This document shows positions 6,273 to 15,880 of a stretch of DNA of 64,000 bases, one piece after another (the stretch's first letter is position 1; each line of letters begins with the position of its first letter). The notes beneath the pieces are model-generated. The model was not told the DNA's origin. It ran no database searches and saw only the letters and a program-made list of their open reading frames with translations. Origin of the DNA: Bdellovibrionales bacterium (GTDB lineage Bacteria; Bdellovibrionota; UBA1018; CAIMNF01); contig JBEIJY010000011.1 of assembly GCA_040380025.1 (NCBI GenBank), positions 1,077 to 65,076 on the forward strand, given 5' to 3'. Position numbers and translations under genes: made by a program.

Positions 6273-8015
6273 TTACCCGAGAAACCCCTCGAGCAAGGCC
6301 TGCACCTGGGAGGCATCGCCCGCCGCAAGCACGTCCCGCCGGAGCGCCTCGCACTCGGGAACACTGAGTTTCGAGAGCACTCGCCGCTTTTGCAGAATTT
6401 CATTCGGAGTCATGCTGAGCTTTTCAAACCCCATCGCGACCCAGAGAGGGATCATCTCGTCCATGCCGCCGAGTTCCCCACAAATGCCAAGCCCGAGTCC
6501 GGCCTCGCGCGCCTCGCGCGCCAAGAAATCCATCATGCGCAAAAATCCGGGAGCATATGGAGTATACAGCGAACGCAATTCCGGATTCATCCGGTCGACC
6601 GCGAACGAGTACTGCATGAGATCATTCGTTCCTACGCTCACAAAGTCCATCGAGGGCCTGAGCTCCCGGAGCTCGAACACAAGCGAGGGGATTTCGACCA
6701 TGGTCCCCGCTTTGAACGGTTTTTTATGATAGCGCGGATCCGAGCACAGCTCCTGATGACACTCGTCCAGAATTGCGCGAGCGGTATGGGCTTCGCTCGC
6801 ACGACTCACCATCGGGAACATGATCGAGAGGTTTCCCCACTCGTTTGCAAGAAGCATCGCCTTCAGCTGGGTCTTGAATAGCGGCAGATCGCGCATGCAG
6901 TAGCGGATCGCGCGAACACCCAAAAAGGGATTCTCTTCTTTTGCGATCGGAATGTACTCGATCGGTTTGTCGCCGCCCACATCGAGCGTTCGAATGACGA
7001 CTTCTTTCGGTGCCAGGATTGAGAGCACCTTGCGATAGGCGTCGCACTGTTCCTCGAGCGTCGGGGCCTTCGAGCGGCCCATGAACAAAAACTCCGTGCG
7101 AAACAGCCCGACGCCATCGGCGTCGTGTTCGAGTGCGTCTTCGGCATCTGATGATCCGCCGATATTCCCCATGAGGGCCACCGGGTGCTGATCGTGCGTG
7201 ACCGAGGGCCTGCCCTTGAAATCCTGAAGACCCGTTTTCCCGGATAAGGACTCAGCGGCACGCAGTTCAAAGTACTGCCGGCATTCGTCGCTTTCGACCG
7301 CAAAGATCGAGCCCTCCCGGCCGTCGAGTGCGATTTCTTGCAGGCCTTTCAAAACAGCCGTCGCCCGCGGAAGTCCCGAGATCGCCGGGATTCCAAGCGT
7401 TCGCGCAATGATCGCACTGTGCGAGGTGGGGCCGCCCTTCTCGGTGATGATCCCGACGATTTTCGTGCGATCAAGCAGCAAGGTTTGTGAGGGAGTGAGG
7501 TCCTCTGCCACGAGAATCGAGGGAACTCGAATCGCAGGGGCATTCGATCCGGCATCATCAAACAGAGCGCTCGTGAGCTGGCGCTCCAGGTCCCGAAGAT
7601 CGAGAGCGCGCTCGCGCAAGTAGTCCGAATCGGCAGACTCGAAGATCTCGATCTGCGATTGGAATGTTTTTCGAATCGCGGTCTCGGGAATCTCGGATTG
7701 ATCTCGCACCATCGCACGGATCGGAGCGATGAGCTCCTCGTCCTCGATCATCATCAGGTGCGCTTCGAAGATCGCGGCCTCTTCGGCACCGATTTCATCG
7801 GATGTTTTTTGAATGAGGCCACGGATTGTCGATTTAACCGTCTCATGCGCTCGAGCAAGACGCGCAAGTTCTGCCTCTGCGCCTTCGTGCTTTCGCGAAA
7901 GGTCGGGCTTTTTCTCGGTTTGCAGAACGACCACCGGTCCCGCCGCAATCCCTTTTGAGATTCCGTGCGCGATCCACTGGGCGGGGTAGGGGTGCTGGCT
8001 GCTCGGCACGGTCAT
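6273..8015 (-). CDS. ptsI: phosphoenolpyruvate-protein phosphotransferase (PTS Enzyme I)
   Basis: 580 aa. GGPTSHSAIIARTLGIPA phosphohistidine region and PEP-utilising C-terminal domain motifs (FVSVGTNDL). Confidence 0.95.
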   Translation of the reverse strand: MTVPSSQHPYPAQWIAHGISKGIAAGPVVVLQTEKKPDLSRKHEGAEAELARLARAHETVKSTIRGLIQKTSDEIGAEEAAIFEAHLMMIEDEELIAPIRAMVRDQSEIPETAIRKTFQSQIEIFESADSDYLRERALDLRDLERQLTSALFDDAGSNAPAIRVPSILVAEDLTPSQTLLLDRTKIVGIITEKGGPTSHSAIIARTLGIPAISGLPRATAVLKGLQEIALDGREGSIFAVESDECRQYFELRAAESLSGKTGLQDFKGRPSVTHDQHPVALMGNIGGSSDAEDALEHDADGVGLFRTEFLFMGRSKAPTLEEQCDAYRKVLSILAPKEVVIRTLDVGGDKPIEYIPIAKEENPFLGVRAIRYCMRDLPLFKTQLKAMLLANEWGNLSIMFPMVSRASEAHTARAILDECHQELCSDPRYHKKPFKAGTMVEIPSLVFELRELRPSMDFVSVGTNDLMQYSFAVDRMNPELRSLYTPYAPGFLRMMDFLAREAREAGLGLGICGELGGMDEMIPLWVAMGFEKLSMTPNEILQKRRVLSKLSVPECEALRRDVLAAGDASQVQALLEGFLG

Positions 8016-8020
8016 GGGCT

Positions 8021-8281
8021 TCAGGCCTTGAATTCGTTGTCGACGAGCTCGTTCAGCACTTTCGACGCGGCATCCGCGTCGGGGCCGTCAATGATGAGCT
8101 TGAATTCCTGGTCTTTCTTCAGTCCGAGGCTCATGAGCGCCATGATCGATTTCGCGTTCTTGAGCTGGCCGCCGGCCATGATCTGGATGTTCGACTGGAA
8201 TTCCGCCGCTTTTTTGGCAAGAATTCCGGCCGGGCGGGCATGAAGGCCTTCGTTGTTTTTGATTTTCAAGAGTAGTTCCAT
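8021..8281 (-). CDS. ptsH: phosphocarrier protein HPr
   Basis: 86 aa. GLHARPA (His15 site) and KSIMALMSLG (Ser46 region). Confidence 0.9.
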   Translation of the reverse strand: MELLLKIKNNEGLHARPAGILAKKAAEFQSNIQIMAGGQLKNAKSIMALMSLGLKKDQEFKLIIDGPDADAASKVLNELVDNEFKA

Positions 8282-10197
8282 AGTGAGTCTCCTGGGGTGA
8301 GGGGTTTTTTGGAATCCACGGCGGTGAGGTTCCGGACCTGTTGGGGGTTCGTCACCACGACCGGCGTGATCACCGATTTGGCCTTTTTCGAGATCAAATT
8401 CAGATCACACTCGAGCAACACCTGGCCCTTCAACACCCGGTCGCCGGACTTCACATGGGCCTTGAAGCCCTCGCCCTGCATCTTCACGGTGTCGATTCCC
8501 ACATGGATCAAAAGCTCGACGCCGTCCTGGCTCGTGAGTCCGATCGCGTGGTTCGTGTGGAACAGTGTCGAAACCTCGCCGTCAAACGGAGCAAGGACTT
8601 TTCCTGAAGAGGGAAGAATCGCAAGAGTCTTTCCCATCATCTCCGAGCGGAAGGTCTCGTCCGGAATCTCGGTGATCGCGACGAGCGTGCCCTCCATCGG
8701 GCTTGCGATCGTCCGGCCGTCCTGTGCCGCGGTTTTGATGAGCGATTCGATCTCGGTCTTCAAAAAGTCCGATTCGACTCCGAATACGATCTGCACGTTG
8801 CCGCCGCCGGCCTTCATCGTGCCTGCGGCTCCGAGGCGCTTCAGCACCGAAGCCTGCACAAGGCTGTCGTCCTTCAAAACAAGCCGCAAACGGGTGATGC
8901 AGGCATCGAGGTTCACGATATTCCCCGCGCCACCGATGGCGGCCAGGACCTCGCGGGCCTTGTCGCGAAGGGATGAGGGAATCGAAGAAGCAACAGACTC
9001 GGTCGTCACGGGCGCATCGTCTTCGCGTCCCGGAGTTTTGAAGTCGAAGAACCCGATCGCCCAGTAAAAGACGCCGAAGTACGAGAGAGCGATGATCGGT
9101 CCGACCACCAAAAACAAAATCAGCACGTTTTTTTGATTGAACCAGCCGATCCCGATGTCGATCAGCGAGGCCGAGAAGGTGAATCCCAGATGAATGTCAA
9201 ACAGGCTCGTCAGGTAGCCCGCAAAAAACGTGAGCGCCGCATGAGCAAGGTAAAGCGGAGGCGCCACGAAGGTGTAGGCGAATTCGATCGGCTCGGTGAT
9301 GCCGGTGATGATCGAGGTGAGTGCTGCCGAGAGCATCACGCCGCCGATCATCTTGCGGTTTTCGGGCTTCGCTCGAAGAGTCATGGCAAGGGCCGCCGCC
9401 GGAAGCCCGAAGATCATGATCGGAAACTCCGAGGCCATGAAACGGCCTGCTGTCGGGTCGCCTGCGAAGTAACGGTAGGTGTCTCCGTGCACGACCTTGC
9501 CTGCTTCGGTTGTGAATTCGCCGAATTCATACAAAAAGCTCGGATAGAACACGTGATGCAACCCGACCGGAATCAGCAGGCGCTTCACCGAGGCATAGAT
9601 GCTTGGTCCGAACTCCGAGCCCACGACCGCCTCGCCGAAGCTCTTGATTCCCTCTTGAATCGGAGGCCACACCATCACAAATCCGAATGCGACCAAGACC
9701 GACGCGCCCACCGAGAGAATCGGAATCAGGCGTTTGCCTGAAAAGAATCCCAAGAACGCAGGGAGCTTCACGGTGTGGAAGCGGTTATAAAGCGAAGCAA
9801 CCACAAGCCCGACCACGATTCCGCCCAGAACTCCCGCATTGATCTCGGTCGGAAGATGAAGAATGTCGTGCGAAGTCTTCAGAACGGTCGAGAACGCAAA
9901 ATACCCGGTCACGGCCGCAAGGCCCGAGATCCCGGCGCTCCCGGTGAATCCGATCGCGACACCGACTGCGAAAATCAATGAAAGTTGTTCAAAAACACTC
10001 AAGCCGGCCGAGTACAGAATCTTTCCGATCTGAAAGGGCAGGGAATTCTCGTTCGGGGTCTTCTCGATGAGCACCCGTCCGAGAGCGAGCATGAGGCCGG
10101 CCGCCGGGAGCACGCTCACCGGAACCATCAAGGCCTGGCCAAGACGCTGGAGCGACGAAAACACACGAGTCCAGAGATTTTGCATGCTGACCTTCAT
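8266..10197 (-). CDS. PTS glucose/N-acetylglucosamine-family EIICBA permease
   Basis: ORF trimmed to ATG 10197 (MKVSMQNLW). Multi-TM EIIC, EIIB motif NLDACITRLRL and EIIA(Glc) motif HAIGL..GVELLIHVGIDTV. Confidence 0.9.
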   Translation of the reverse strand: MKVSMQNLWTRVFSSLQRLGQALMVPVSVLPAAGLMLALGRVLIEKTPNENSLPFQIGKILYSAGLSVFEQLSLIFAVGVAIGFTGSAGISGLAAVTGYFAFSTVLKTSHDILHLPTEINAGVLGGIVVGLVVASLYNRFHTVKLPAFLGFFSGKRLIPILSVGASVLVAFGFVMVWPPIQEGIKSFGEAVVGSEFGPSIYASVKRLLIPVGLHHVFYPSFLYEFGEFTTEAGKVVHGDTYRYFAGDPTAGRFMASEFPIMIFGLPAAALAMTLRAKPENRKMIGGVMLSAALTSIITGITEPIEFAYTFVAPPLYLAHAALTFFAGYLTSLFDIHLGFTFSASLIDIGIGWFNQKNVLILFLVVGPIIALSYFGVFYWAIGFFDFKTPGREDDAPVTTESVASSIPSSLRDKAREVLAAIGGAGNIVNLDACITRLRLVLKDDSLVQASVLKRLGAAGTMKAGGGNVQIVFGVESDFLKTEIESLIKTAAQDGRTIASPMEGTLVAITEIPDETFRSEMMGKTLAILPSSGKVLAPFDGEVSTLFHTNHAIGLTSQDGVELLIHVGIDTVKMQGEGFKAHVKSGDRVLKGQVLLECDLNLISKKAKSVITPVVVTNPQQVRNLTAVDSKKPLTPGDSLWNYS

Positions 10198-10300
10198 AGC
10201 ACAACGCCACGCGTCCTCGGAGTGATTTTTGGGGCGATTTTTCACTGGACTCGGCTCGTTGTTTTTAGGTCTAATCAAGAATAAAGAGGCGGTTTTATTG

Positions 10301-11446
10301 ATGATGAGTGCACCAACGATTGTCATGGGAGAAGGTCTGTCCGCAGTTGCGGTGATCCAGGAGCTGGTCCGTCGGGAAGAGCCGGTGATCTGGGTGGATG
10401 GAGCCGGAGCGAAGATCCTCTCGCCCATGCCCCATGTTCGCGGCGATGCCGCCCTCGCGCTTCTTGCCCGGGCCGCGGAATTCGCGGGAATCCCGCACGG
10501 ATCGGCCGTCGAACGAGGTCTTTGTCATCGCATTTACCGCACGAAGGCGTTTCGCTTGCCGAACTGGAAGAAGGCCGAGGCCCAGCTCTGGGCCCCCGAA
10601 AAGGCGCTTTTGGGCGAGGATGAACGGCGGGTCGAAGGGCTGGACCCGGCTCTGGTTCAAGAAACGCTTCGCGCGAAGCTCGAAACCCATCCCCTGGTCA
10701 CCCGAATCGAAAACACTCCGATCATTGAGTTCGAGGTGTTCTCGGCAGGCGGCAAGATCCAGTTCGCCGACGGGCGCATGAGCGAGTTCAAGCGGCTTTA
10801 TTTTTGCGACGATATCGGTTCACTGCGGGGGTTTCCGAAGCTTGCGTCGATCTTCAAAGGGCAAATCAAAGATGCCCGCGCCTCGTCCCGCCACGGGGCC
10901 CTTCAGGTCGTGTTCCAGCATTCGGTTCCGCTCCGGCAGTTCATGAGCCGCGGTGTGCTGGTCCCGATGAATCGCGAGTCGGGCGAGGAGTTCGATCGCG
11001 ATGTCATGGGGTTCTTCATCGAGCCCCTTCGTTCGGTCTGGACGGTGTTTCTTCAGCCCTCGGAGTGCGAAGAAAACCACGAAATCATGAAAAAACTTCG
11101 CAAGCTCAAGCAATCGTTGAATCGCGCCTTCGAGGGGCCCGAGTTTCTTCCTGAGGGAGTGAAGGAATTCACTGCGACCGTCGAGAAAGAAACCGTCCGC
11201 TTCGAAGCAAGTTACCTCTACACCGAGGGCGAAGTGCGGGCGAGCGAGGCGAATGGCGACTTCGTGCTCCTTACGGACTCGTTTGGAGTGTCCCGGGGGC
11301 TGGAGCAGATCGCCCGTCATTTTGAGGTTCCGGCGATGGAGTTCGGATTGGATTCCGGGTCGGATTCCGGCACGGAAGCGCAGGCGGAACCGGCACCTTT
11401 GCCGCCGTACGAGGGCGAAAGCCCAGAGCTCCCCCCCAGCATCTAG
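10301..11446 (+). CDS. hypothetical protein with degenerate N-terminal Rossmann-like GxGxxA
   Basis: ORF trimmed to ATG 10301 (MMSAPTIVMGEGLSAVAV). Low-complexity acidic/Pro tail. No confident family. Confidence 0.55.
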   Translation: MMSAPTIVMGEGLSAVAVIQELVRREEPVIWVDGAGAKILSPMPHVRGDAALALLARAAEFAGIPHGSAVERGLCHRIYRTKAFRLPNWKKAEAQLWAPEKALLGEDERRVEGLDPALVQETLRAKLETHPLVTRIENTPIIEFEVFSAGGKIQFADGRMSEFKRLYFCDDIGSLRGFPKLASIFKGQIKDARASSRHGALQVVFQHSVPLRQFMSRGVLVPMNRESGEEFDRDVMGFFIEPLRSVWTVFLQPSECEENHEIMKKLRKLKQSLNRAFEGPEFLPEGVKEFTATVEKETVRFEASYLYTEGEVRASEANGDFVLLTDSFGVSRGLEQIARHFEVPAMEFGLDSGSDSGTEAQAEPAPLPPYEGESPELPPSI

Positions 11447-12041
11447 CTTCAGGCTCCCTCTCGTGAATCCGCGCCGCGGCCTTTGCGAGCGTGCTTCCGC
11501 TCGTCATCAGGTCGTCCACGATCAAAAATTTCGATGTCGTTTCGGACTCGAGCGCATCGAGGTGCCGGTCGCCCACCCGAAAGGGATTCGGCGAAAAATC
11601 CCGCTCAAACCTGGATTGCCCGGTCTGTCGGGCGGGATCGCGATTCTTGAGCTCAAGAAGCGACACCACCGGCACATGGAGCTGGCGCGAGAAGTAGCGC
11701 GCAACCGAGAGGGCCGAGTCGTGTCCTCGCCGATAGGAGCGCCGTGCGCTTTGGGGAATCGGAACAATCGCCGAAAACCCGATATTCAACAGTTCCCGCC
11801 TGAGACCCGGGGCCATTTGAAACAGCGTGCGTTCGAGCACGCTTCCGCCTTCTTCCTTCCAACTTCGAATGATTTTTTGGGTCGAATCGAACGAAAACAG
11901 CACCGGCGCCACGCCGAGGATTCCCTCGACAGGCGGGGGGAGGATCCGGTCATTCCGGGTCAGGGCATTCCGGCAGGCACCGCAGAGAATTGAGTTCGTG
12001 GGGAAGCGGCATCCGCGACAAAAAAAGAATTTTGGAATCAT
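11271..12041 (-). CDS. comF: ComF-family phosphoribosyltransferase-like protein
   Basis: N-terminal CxxC..CxxC zinc-finger-like (CRGCRF..CGAC) and PRT motif FLIVDDLMTSGSTL. A ~45-aa Pro/Arg tail past the usual C-terminus overlaps the convergent gene. Confidence 0.8.
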   Translation of the reverse strand: MIPKFFFCRGCRFPTNSILCGACRNALTRNDRILPPPVEGILGVAPVLFSFDSTQKIIRSWKEEGGSVLERTLFQMAPGLRRELLNIGFSAIVPIPQSARRSYRRGHDSALSVARYFSRQLHVPVVSLLELKNRDPARQTGQSRFERDFSPNPFRVGDRHLDALESETTSKFLIVDDLMTSGSTLAKAAARIHEREPEARCWGGALGFRPRTAAKVPVPPALPCRNPTRNPIRTPSPEPQNDGRSAPAPGTLQTSP

Positions 12042-12097
12042 GTCCGCAAGGAGTGCAAATGTCGCACCAACGGGGCGGTCTGGCGAGAAGCGAGAGC

Positions 12098-12610
12098 TCA
12101 ACCCTCGTTGTGATACGGGTGTCCGGCAGAATACGAGAGCGCGCGATAGAGCTGTTCGGTGACCAGAAGCCGCGCGAGCTCATGCGAAAGGGTCTGGGGT
12201 CCGAGACTGATTTTTCGGTTCGCGGCCGCAAGAACATTCGCTCCGAGGCCCAGGCTCCCGCCGATCACGAGCACGAGCTCGCCGCTTCCTTTTTCAGAAA
12301 TCTCCGAAAGGTTCGCCGCCCAGTCACGGGTGGGCATGGCCTTGCCGGTTTCGTCCAGGGACCAGAGTTCGGCATTCCGTCCGGATTTCGCACGAAAGGC
12401 GGGACTCCGGATCAGCTCGAGCAGAACTTCGCCTTCTTTTTCGGGAATGAGCGAGCGGTTCGATTCGGACTTCTCGGGCACGGGAAGGGGCTTCAGTTCG
12501 ATCGCCTCGAACGAGGTGAACCGCCCGAGCCGCTTCGTGAATTCGCCTGTGGCCTCGGCGAGGCCCGGGGTTTTCAGTTTTCCGAAGCAGACGAGCGTGA
12601 TCTTCCGCAT
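12098..12610 (-). CDS. rlmH: 23S rRNA (pseudouridine1915-N3)-methyltransferase RlmH
   Basis: ORF trimmed to ATG 12610 (MRKITLVCFGKLK). C-terminal SLGPQTLSHELARLLVTEQLYRA..GHPYH. Confidence 0.9.
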   Translation of the reverse strand: MRKITLVCFGKLKTPGLAEATGEFTKRLGRFTSFEAIELKPLPVPEKSESNRSLIPEKEGEVLLELIRSPAFRAKSGRNAELWSLDETGKAMPTRDWAANLSEISEKGSGELVLVIGGSLGLGANVLAAANRKISLGPQTLSHELARLLVTEQLYRALSYSAGHPYHNEG

Positions 12611-12617
12611 GGGGCGA

Positions 12618-13025
12618 TCAGTGCTGAATCGAGGTGATGAAGAGCTCTTGTGGGATCGGTACCCGCTTGGCGTTCGCCCAAAGCTGTTCGAGATTGTAAA
12701 AATCCCGGAGTGCATCGAGGAACACGTGCACGACCGCATCGCCGTAATCGACGATGATCCAGCGGCCCTCGCGATAGCCTTCGACCGAAATCGGCGCGAA
12801 GCCGTTTTGCTTCAGGTCGATCACGACCGAATCCGCGATCGCCTGGACCTGGCGGTCCGAGGTTCCCGAGCAAATCATGAAGTACTCGGTGAACGACGAA
12901 AGATCCCGGAGATCGAGAATCTTGATGTTCTCGGCTTTTTTGTTGGCGGCCGACTGGACGCTCAAAAATGCCTTCGCCAGGGATTCTTCTTCGACTTCGA
13001 TGACGGTGGTGGGTTCAGGTGCCAT
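12618..13025 (-). CDS. rsfS: ribosome silencing factor RsfS
   Basis: KAENIKILDLR..SSFTEYFMICSGTSDRQVQAIA..W.I.DYGDVVVHVF pattern. Confidence 0.9.
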   Translation of the reverse strand: MAPEPTTVIEVEEESLAKAFLSVQSAANKKAENIKILDLRDLSSFTEYFMICSGTSDRQVQAIADSVVIDLKQNGFAPISVEGYREGRWIIVDYGDAVVHVFLDALRDFYNLEQLWANAKRVPIPQELFITSIQH

Positions 13026-13680
13026 AAATATGCTTCCTTTCGATCCATTCGAGTACCGGGCGGGGGATCCATGCCGCGTTTTCAGGGCTCCGGTTCAGCG
13101 CAAAATTTTCGCGAATCCTCGTGCTCGAGATTTCGGGCGCGTCGGTTTCGACAAACCTCATCACCCGCTCCGAACCGGCGATCCGCCATTCTGACGGGTC
13201 CTTGGTCGTCGACAGGACGCCCTCATCCCGAAGTGCCGCTTGCATGGCCGTGACTGCCGCCAAATCCGCGGCCGAATCAGCGGATTTTCGAAGAAGCACG
13301 ATCCAGTCGCACATCGAGAGCACCTGCGGGAATCGCTTCCACCCGCGAAACCCCAAAAACTGATCGGTCCCGATCACGAACGCAAGTTTCGGTGCAATCG
13401 CACGATACCGCTCCAGGAGCTCAAAGGTGAAGGTCAGCTGTTCGCGACCCTCGATGTCCGACACGTCGGCCTCACTCGCGAAGGCGAGTTTCGCCATCTC
13501 AAGCCGGTCTTCGTATGCGACATCCACCGTCTTCAGCGGCGTACCCCGCGAGGGAACCACCACCACACGACCAACGCCCGGGTTTTTCTTCAGGCCCCGG
13601 ACCGCATGCACGTGGCCCAGGTGGGGAGGGTTGAAGCTCCCCCCGAAGAGCGCGACATGCGCCCCGAACGAGGTGCTCAT
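13015..13680 (-). CDS. nadD: nicotinate-nucleotide adenylyltransferase
   Basis: ORF trimmed to ATG 13680. GGSFNPPHLGHV and ISSTRIR motifs. Confidence 0.9.
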   Translation of the reverse strand: MSTSFGAHVALFGGSFNPPHLGHVHAVRGLKKNPGVGRVVVVPSRGTPLKTVDVAYEDRLEMAKLAFASEADVSDIEGREQLTFTFELLERYRAIAPKLAFVIGTDQFLGFRGWKRFPQVLSMCDWIVLLRKSADSAADLAAVTAMQAALRDEGVLSTTKDPSEWRIAGSERVMRFVETDAPEISSTRIRENFALNRSPENAAWIPRPVLEWIERKHIYGT

Positions 13681-14768
13681 GACGAAAGCTTCTCCCAGAG
13701 GATGTGGATCAAATCGTGGATGCCTTCGCCGGACGCGCACGAAATCGAGCAGGGCTCTTGCGGAAGGAGCTTGCGCGCGCCTTTTTTGCGCGAGGATTCA
13801 AGAATCGCACGGAATTCGGCCTTCACTTCTTGAAGGAATTTCGGCTGGCCCAGGAACAAATCGGCTTTGTTGATGACGATGATCTCGTCTTTTTCTCCGA
13901 GCTCGGGGTTGTAGAGCTCGAGCTCCTTGCGGATCGCAAGGTACAGGCGATGCAGTTCCTGCGCGCCTTTTTTTGCCGATGCGCCTTCTTCTTCGTCGGG
14001 CATCGTCGTGAAATCGAGCAAATGCGCGCCGTCCAGAAGGTGCACGGCAATCCGCGTGCGTTCGATGTGTTTCAGGAATTTGTGTCCGAGTCCGAGGCCC
14101 CGGTGCGCGCCTTCGATCAGGCCGGGAATGTCGGCCACGACAAAGCTTTTGTAGTCGGCCACTTTGACCACGCCCAGGTTCGGAGTCAGGGTGGTGAAGG
14201 GATAGTCCGCGATCTTCGGGTGGGCGGCGCTCATGCGCGAGATCAGCGTCGATTTGCCCGCGTTCGGGTAGCCAACGAGGCTCACATCCGCAAGGAGCTT
14301 CAGCTCGAGGTGGAGTCCGCGGCTCTGGCCTTCTTCGCCGGGCTGGGCGAATTTCGGGGCCTGAAAGGTCGCCGTGACAAAGTGAGCATTGCCTTTTCCG
14401 CCGCGGCCGCCTTTTGCGGCAATCCATTGCTGGCCGTGCTCGGCGAAGTCGAAAAGGATCTCGCCGGTGTCGAGGTCTTTCACCACGGTTCCGACGGGAA
14501 TCAGAATCTCGATGTCTTCGCCATCGCGCCCGGCTTTGTTCTTTCCTTGCCCGGGCTGGCCGTTTTCGGCCTGATACGAGCGTTTGAAGCGAAAGTCCTG
14601 CAGGGTCGAGAGGTTCGAGGTCGAGACGAAAATCACGCTTCCGCCTTTTCCGCCGTCGCCCCCGTCCGGACCGCCGCGCGGAATGAACTTCTCCCTCCGG
14701 AAAGAGACGCAACCGCGTCCTCCGTGTCCTGAGATGATTTTGATTTTTGCTTCGTCAATGAATCGCAT
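13677..14768 (-). CDS. obg: GTPase Obg/CgtA
   Basis: MRFIDEAKI..GGRGC.SFRREKF N-terminal Obg fold. G1 GYPNAGKST and G3 DIPGLIEGA. Confidence 0.95.
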   Translation of the reverse strand: MRFIDEAKIKIISGHGGRGCVSFRREKFIPRGGPDGGDGGKGGSVIFVSTSNLSTLQDFRFKRSYQAENGQPGQGKNKAGRDGEDIEILIPVGTVVKDLDTGEILFDFAEHGQQWIAAKGGRGGKGNAHFVTATFQAPKFAQPGEEGQSRGLHLELKLLADVSLVGYPNAGKSTLISRMSAAHPKIADYPFTTLTPNLGVVKVADYKSFVVADIPGLIEGAHRGLGLGHKFLKHIERTRIAVHLLDGAHLLDFTTMPDEEEGASAKKGAQELHRLYLAIRKELELYNPELGEKDEIIVINKADLFLGQPKFLQEVKAEFRAILESSRKKGARKLLPQEPCSISCASGEGIHDLIHILWEKLSS

Positions 14769-14785
14769 GGCGGTATTGGGATTTC

Positions 14786-14822
14786 AAAAAAAACGGGAGG
14801 GTCAGCAAGCTGTACCCTCCCG
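14786..14822 (-). terminator. rho-independent terminator/attenuator between rpmA and obg
   Basis: 9-bp perfect stem CGGGAGGGT/ACCCTCCCG (14794-14802 / 14814-14822) followed on the minus strand by U8 (A-run 14786-14793). Confidence 0.75.
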
Positions 14823-14886
14823 GTTCAAGCCTTGGCCCGGTCAAAGGACCGGACGGGCCGGGAAATCTCGTGTTCGCACGCGCCGT

Positions 14887-15141
14887 TCAGGCGGCGTAAA
14901 CAGAGATTTTTTGGCGCTTCTGATCTTTGTATTCGAACTTCACGACGCCGTCGATCATCGCGAAAATCGTGAAGTCACGACCGATTCCGACGTTCTTGCC
15001 CGCGTGGAACTTCGTCCCGCGCTGACGGCAAATGATCTGACCGGATTTTACAGCTTGTCCGCCGTAAATTTTCACTCCGAGCATTTTCGGGTTACTGTCG
15101 CGTCCGTTTTTTGTACTACCACCGGCTTTTTTGTGTGCCAT
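14887..15141 (-). CDS. rpmA: 50S ribosomal protein L27
   Basis: [23 protein letters not shown] canonical L27 N-terminus. Confidence 0.95.
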   Translation of the reverse strand: MAHKKAGGSTKNGRDSNPKMLGVKIYGGQAVKSGQIICRQRGTKFHAGKNVGIGRDFTIFAMIDGVVKFEYKDQKRQKISVYAA

Positions 15142-15232
15142 GATTTTTACCTCAAGATCGGCCCCTTACGCCGACGAGCTGCCCCGGAGGAATGTCTCCA
15201 TCCGCGGGCGTGGCTCTGAAATTGGTTTCGAA

Positions 15233-15727
15233 TTATTTCGATTTCGCCTTCGCCGCGATCGAAGCCGTCTTGCGAGCGGCGTTCAATTTCTTGCGGGAGC
15301 CCAGAGTTTTCGTCTGGCTGGCAGGTCCTTTCGGCTTCAGGTTCGTGAAGAACTTCGCCATTTTGACCTTTTTGTCAGCCGCCGAGATCTCGGTCTTCTT
15401 GGCGCCGTCGGTAAGGATCGTCACGAGAAGCTGGGTTTGTTCCTGACGGTGACCTTGCGTGCGGCGATACTGCTTCCGGCGCTTCATCTTGATGATGGTC
15501 ACTTTTTCCCCGCGGCCTTGGGCGACGATTTCGGCTTCTACTTTTGCATTCGCAACGTAGGGCTGGCCGAGAACGACCTCAGAGCTGGTTTCGGACGGGG
15601 AGCTGACAAACAAAACTTTATCAAACGTGATCTTGGAGCCGACGTCACCGGTGAGCTTTTCTACCTGGATGAAATCACCTGCTTGGACACGAACTTGCTT
15701 TCCACCTGTTTCGATAACTGCGTACAT
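15233..15727 (-). CDS. rplU: 50S ribosomal protein L21 with ~60-aa Lys/Ala-rich C-terminal extension
   Basis: [18 protein letters not shown] canonical L21 start. 164 aa versus about 100 usual. Confidence 0.9.
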   Translation of the reverse strand: MYAVIETGGKQVRVQAGDFIQVEKLTGDVGSKITFDKVLFVSSPSETSSEVVLGQPYVANAKVEAEIVAQGRGEKVTIIKMKRRKQYRRTQGHRQEQTQLLVTILTDGAKKTEISAADKKVKMAKFFTNLKPKGPASQTKTLGSRKKLNAARKTASIAAKAKSK

Positions 15728-15880
15728 AGACGGTTAGGGATGCCGGAAAGTAGTTGAGAAGTCAAGCTTTGATTCGTTGTGTGGTTGAAAATCGGATTTC
15801 ACGGGCATTCCTGTATTTACACCGCGTCAGTTTTAAGGAATAGTTGCGGGACATTCAATACTTAAAGGAGATTAGTAGAA

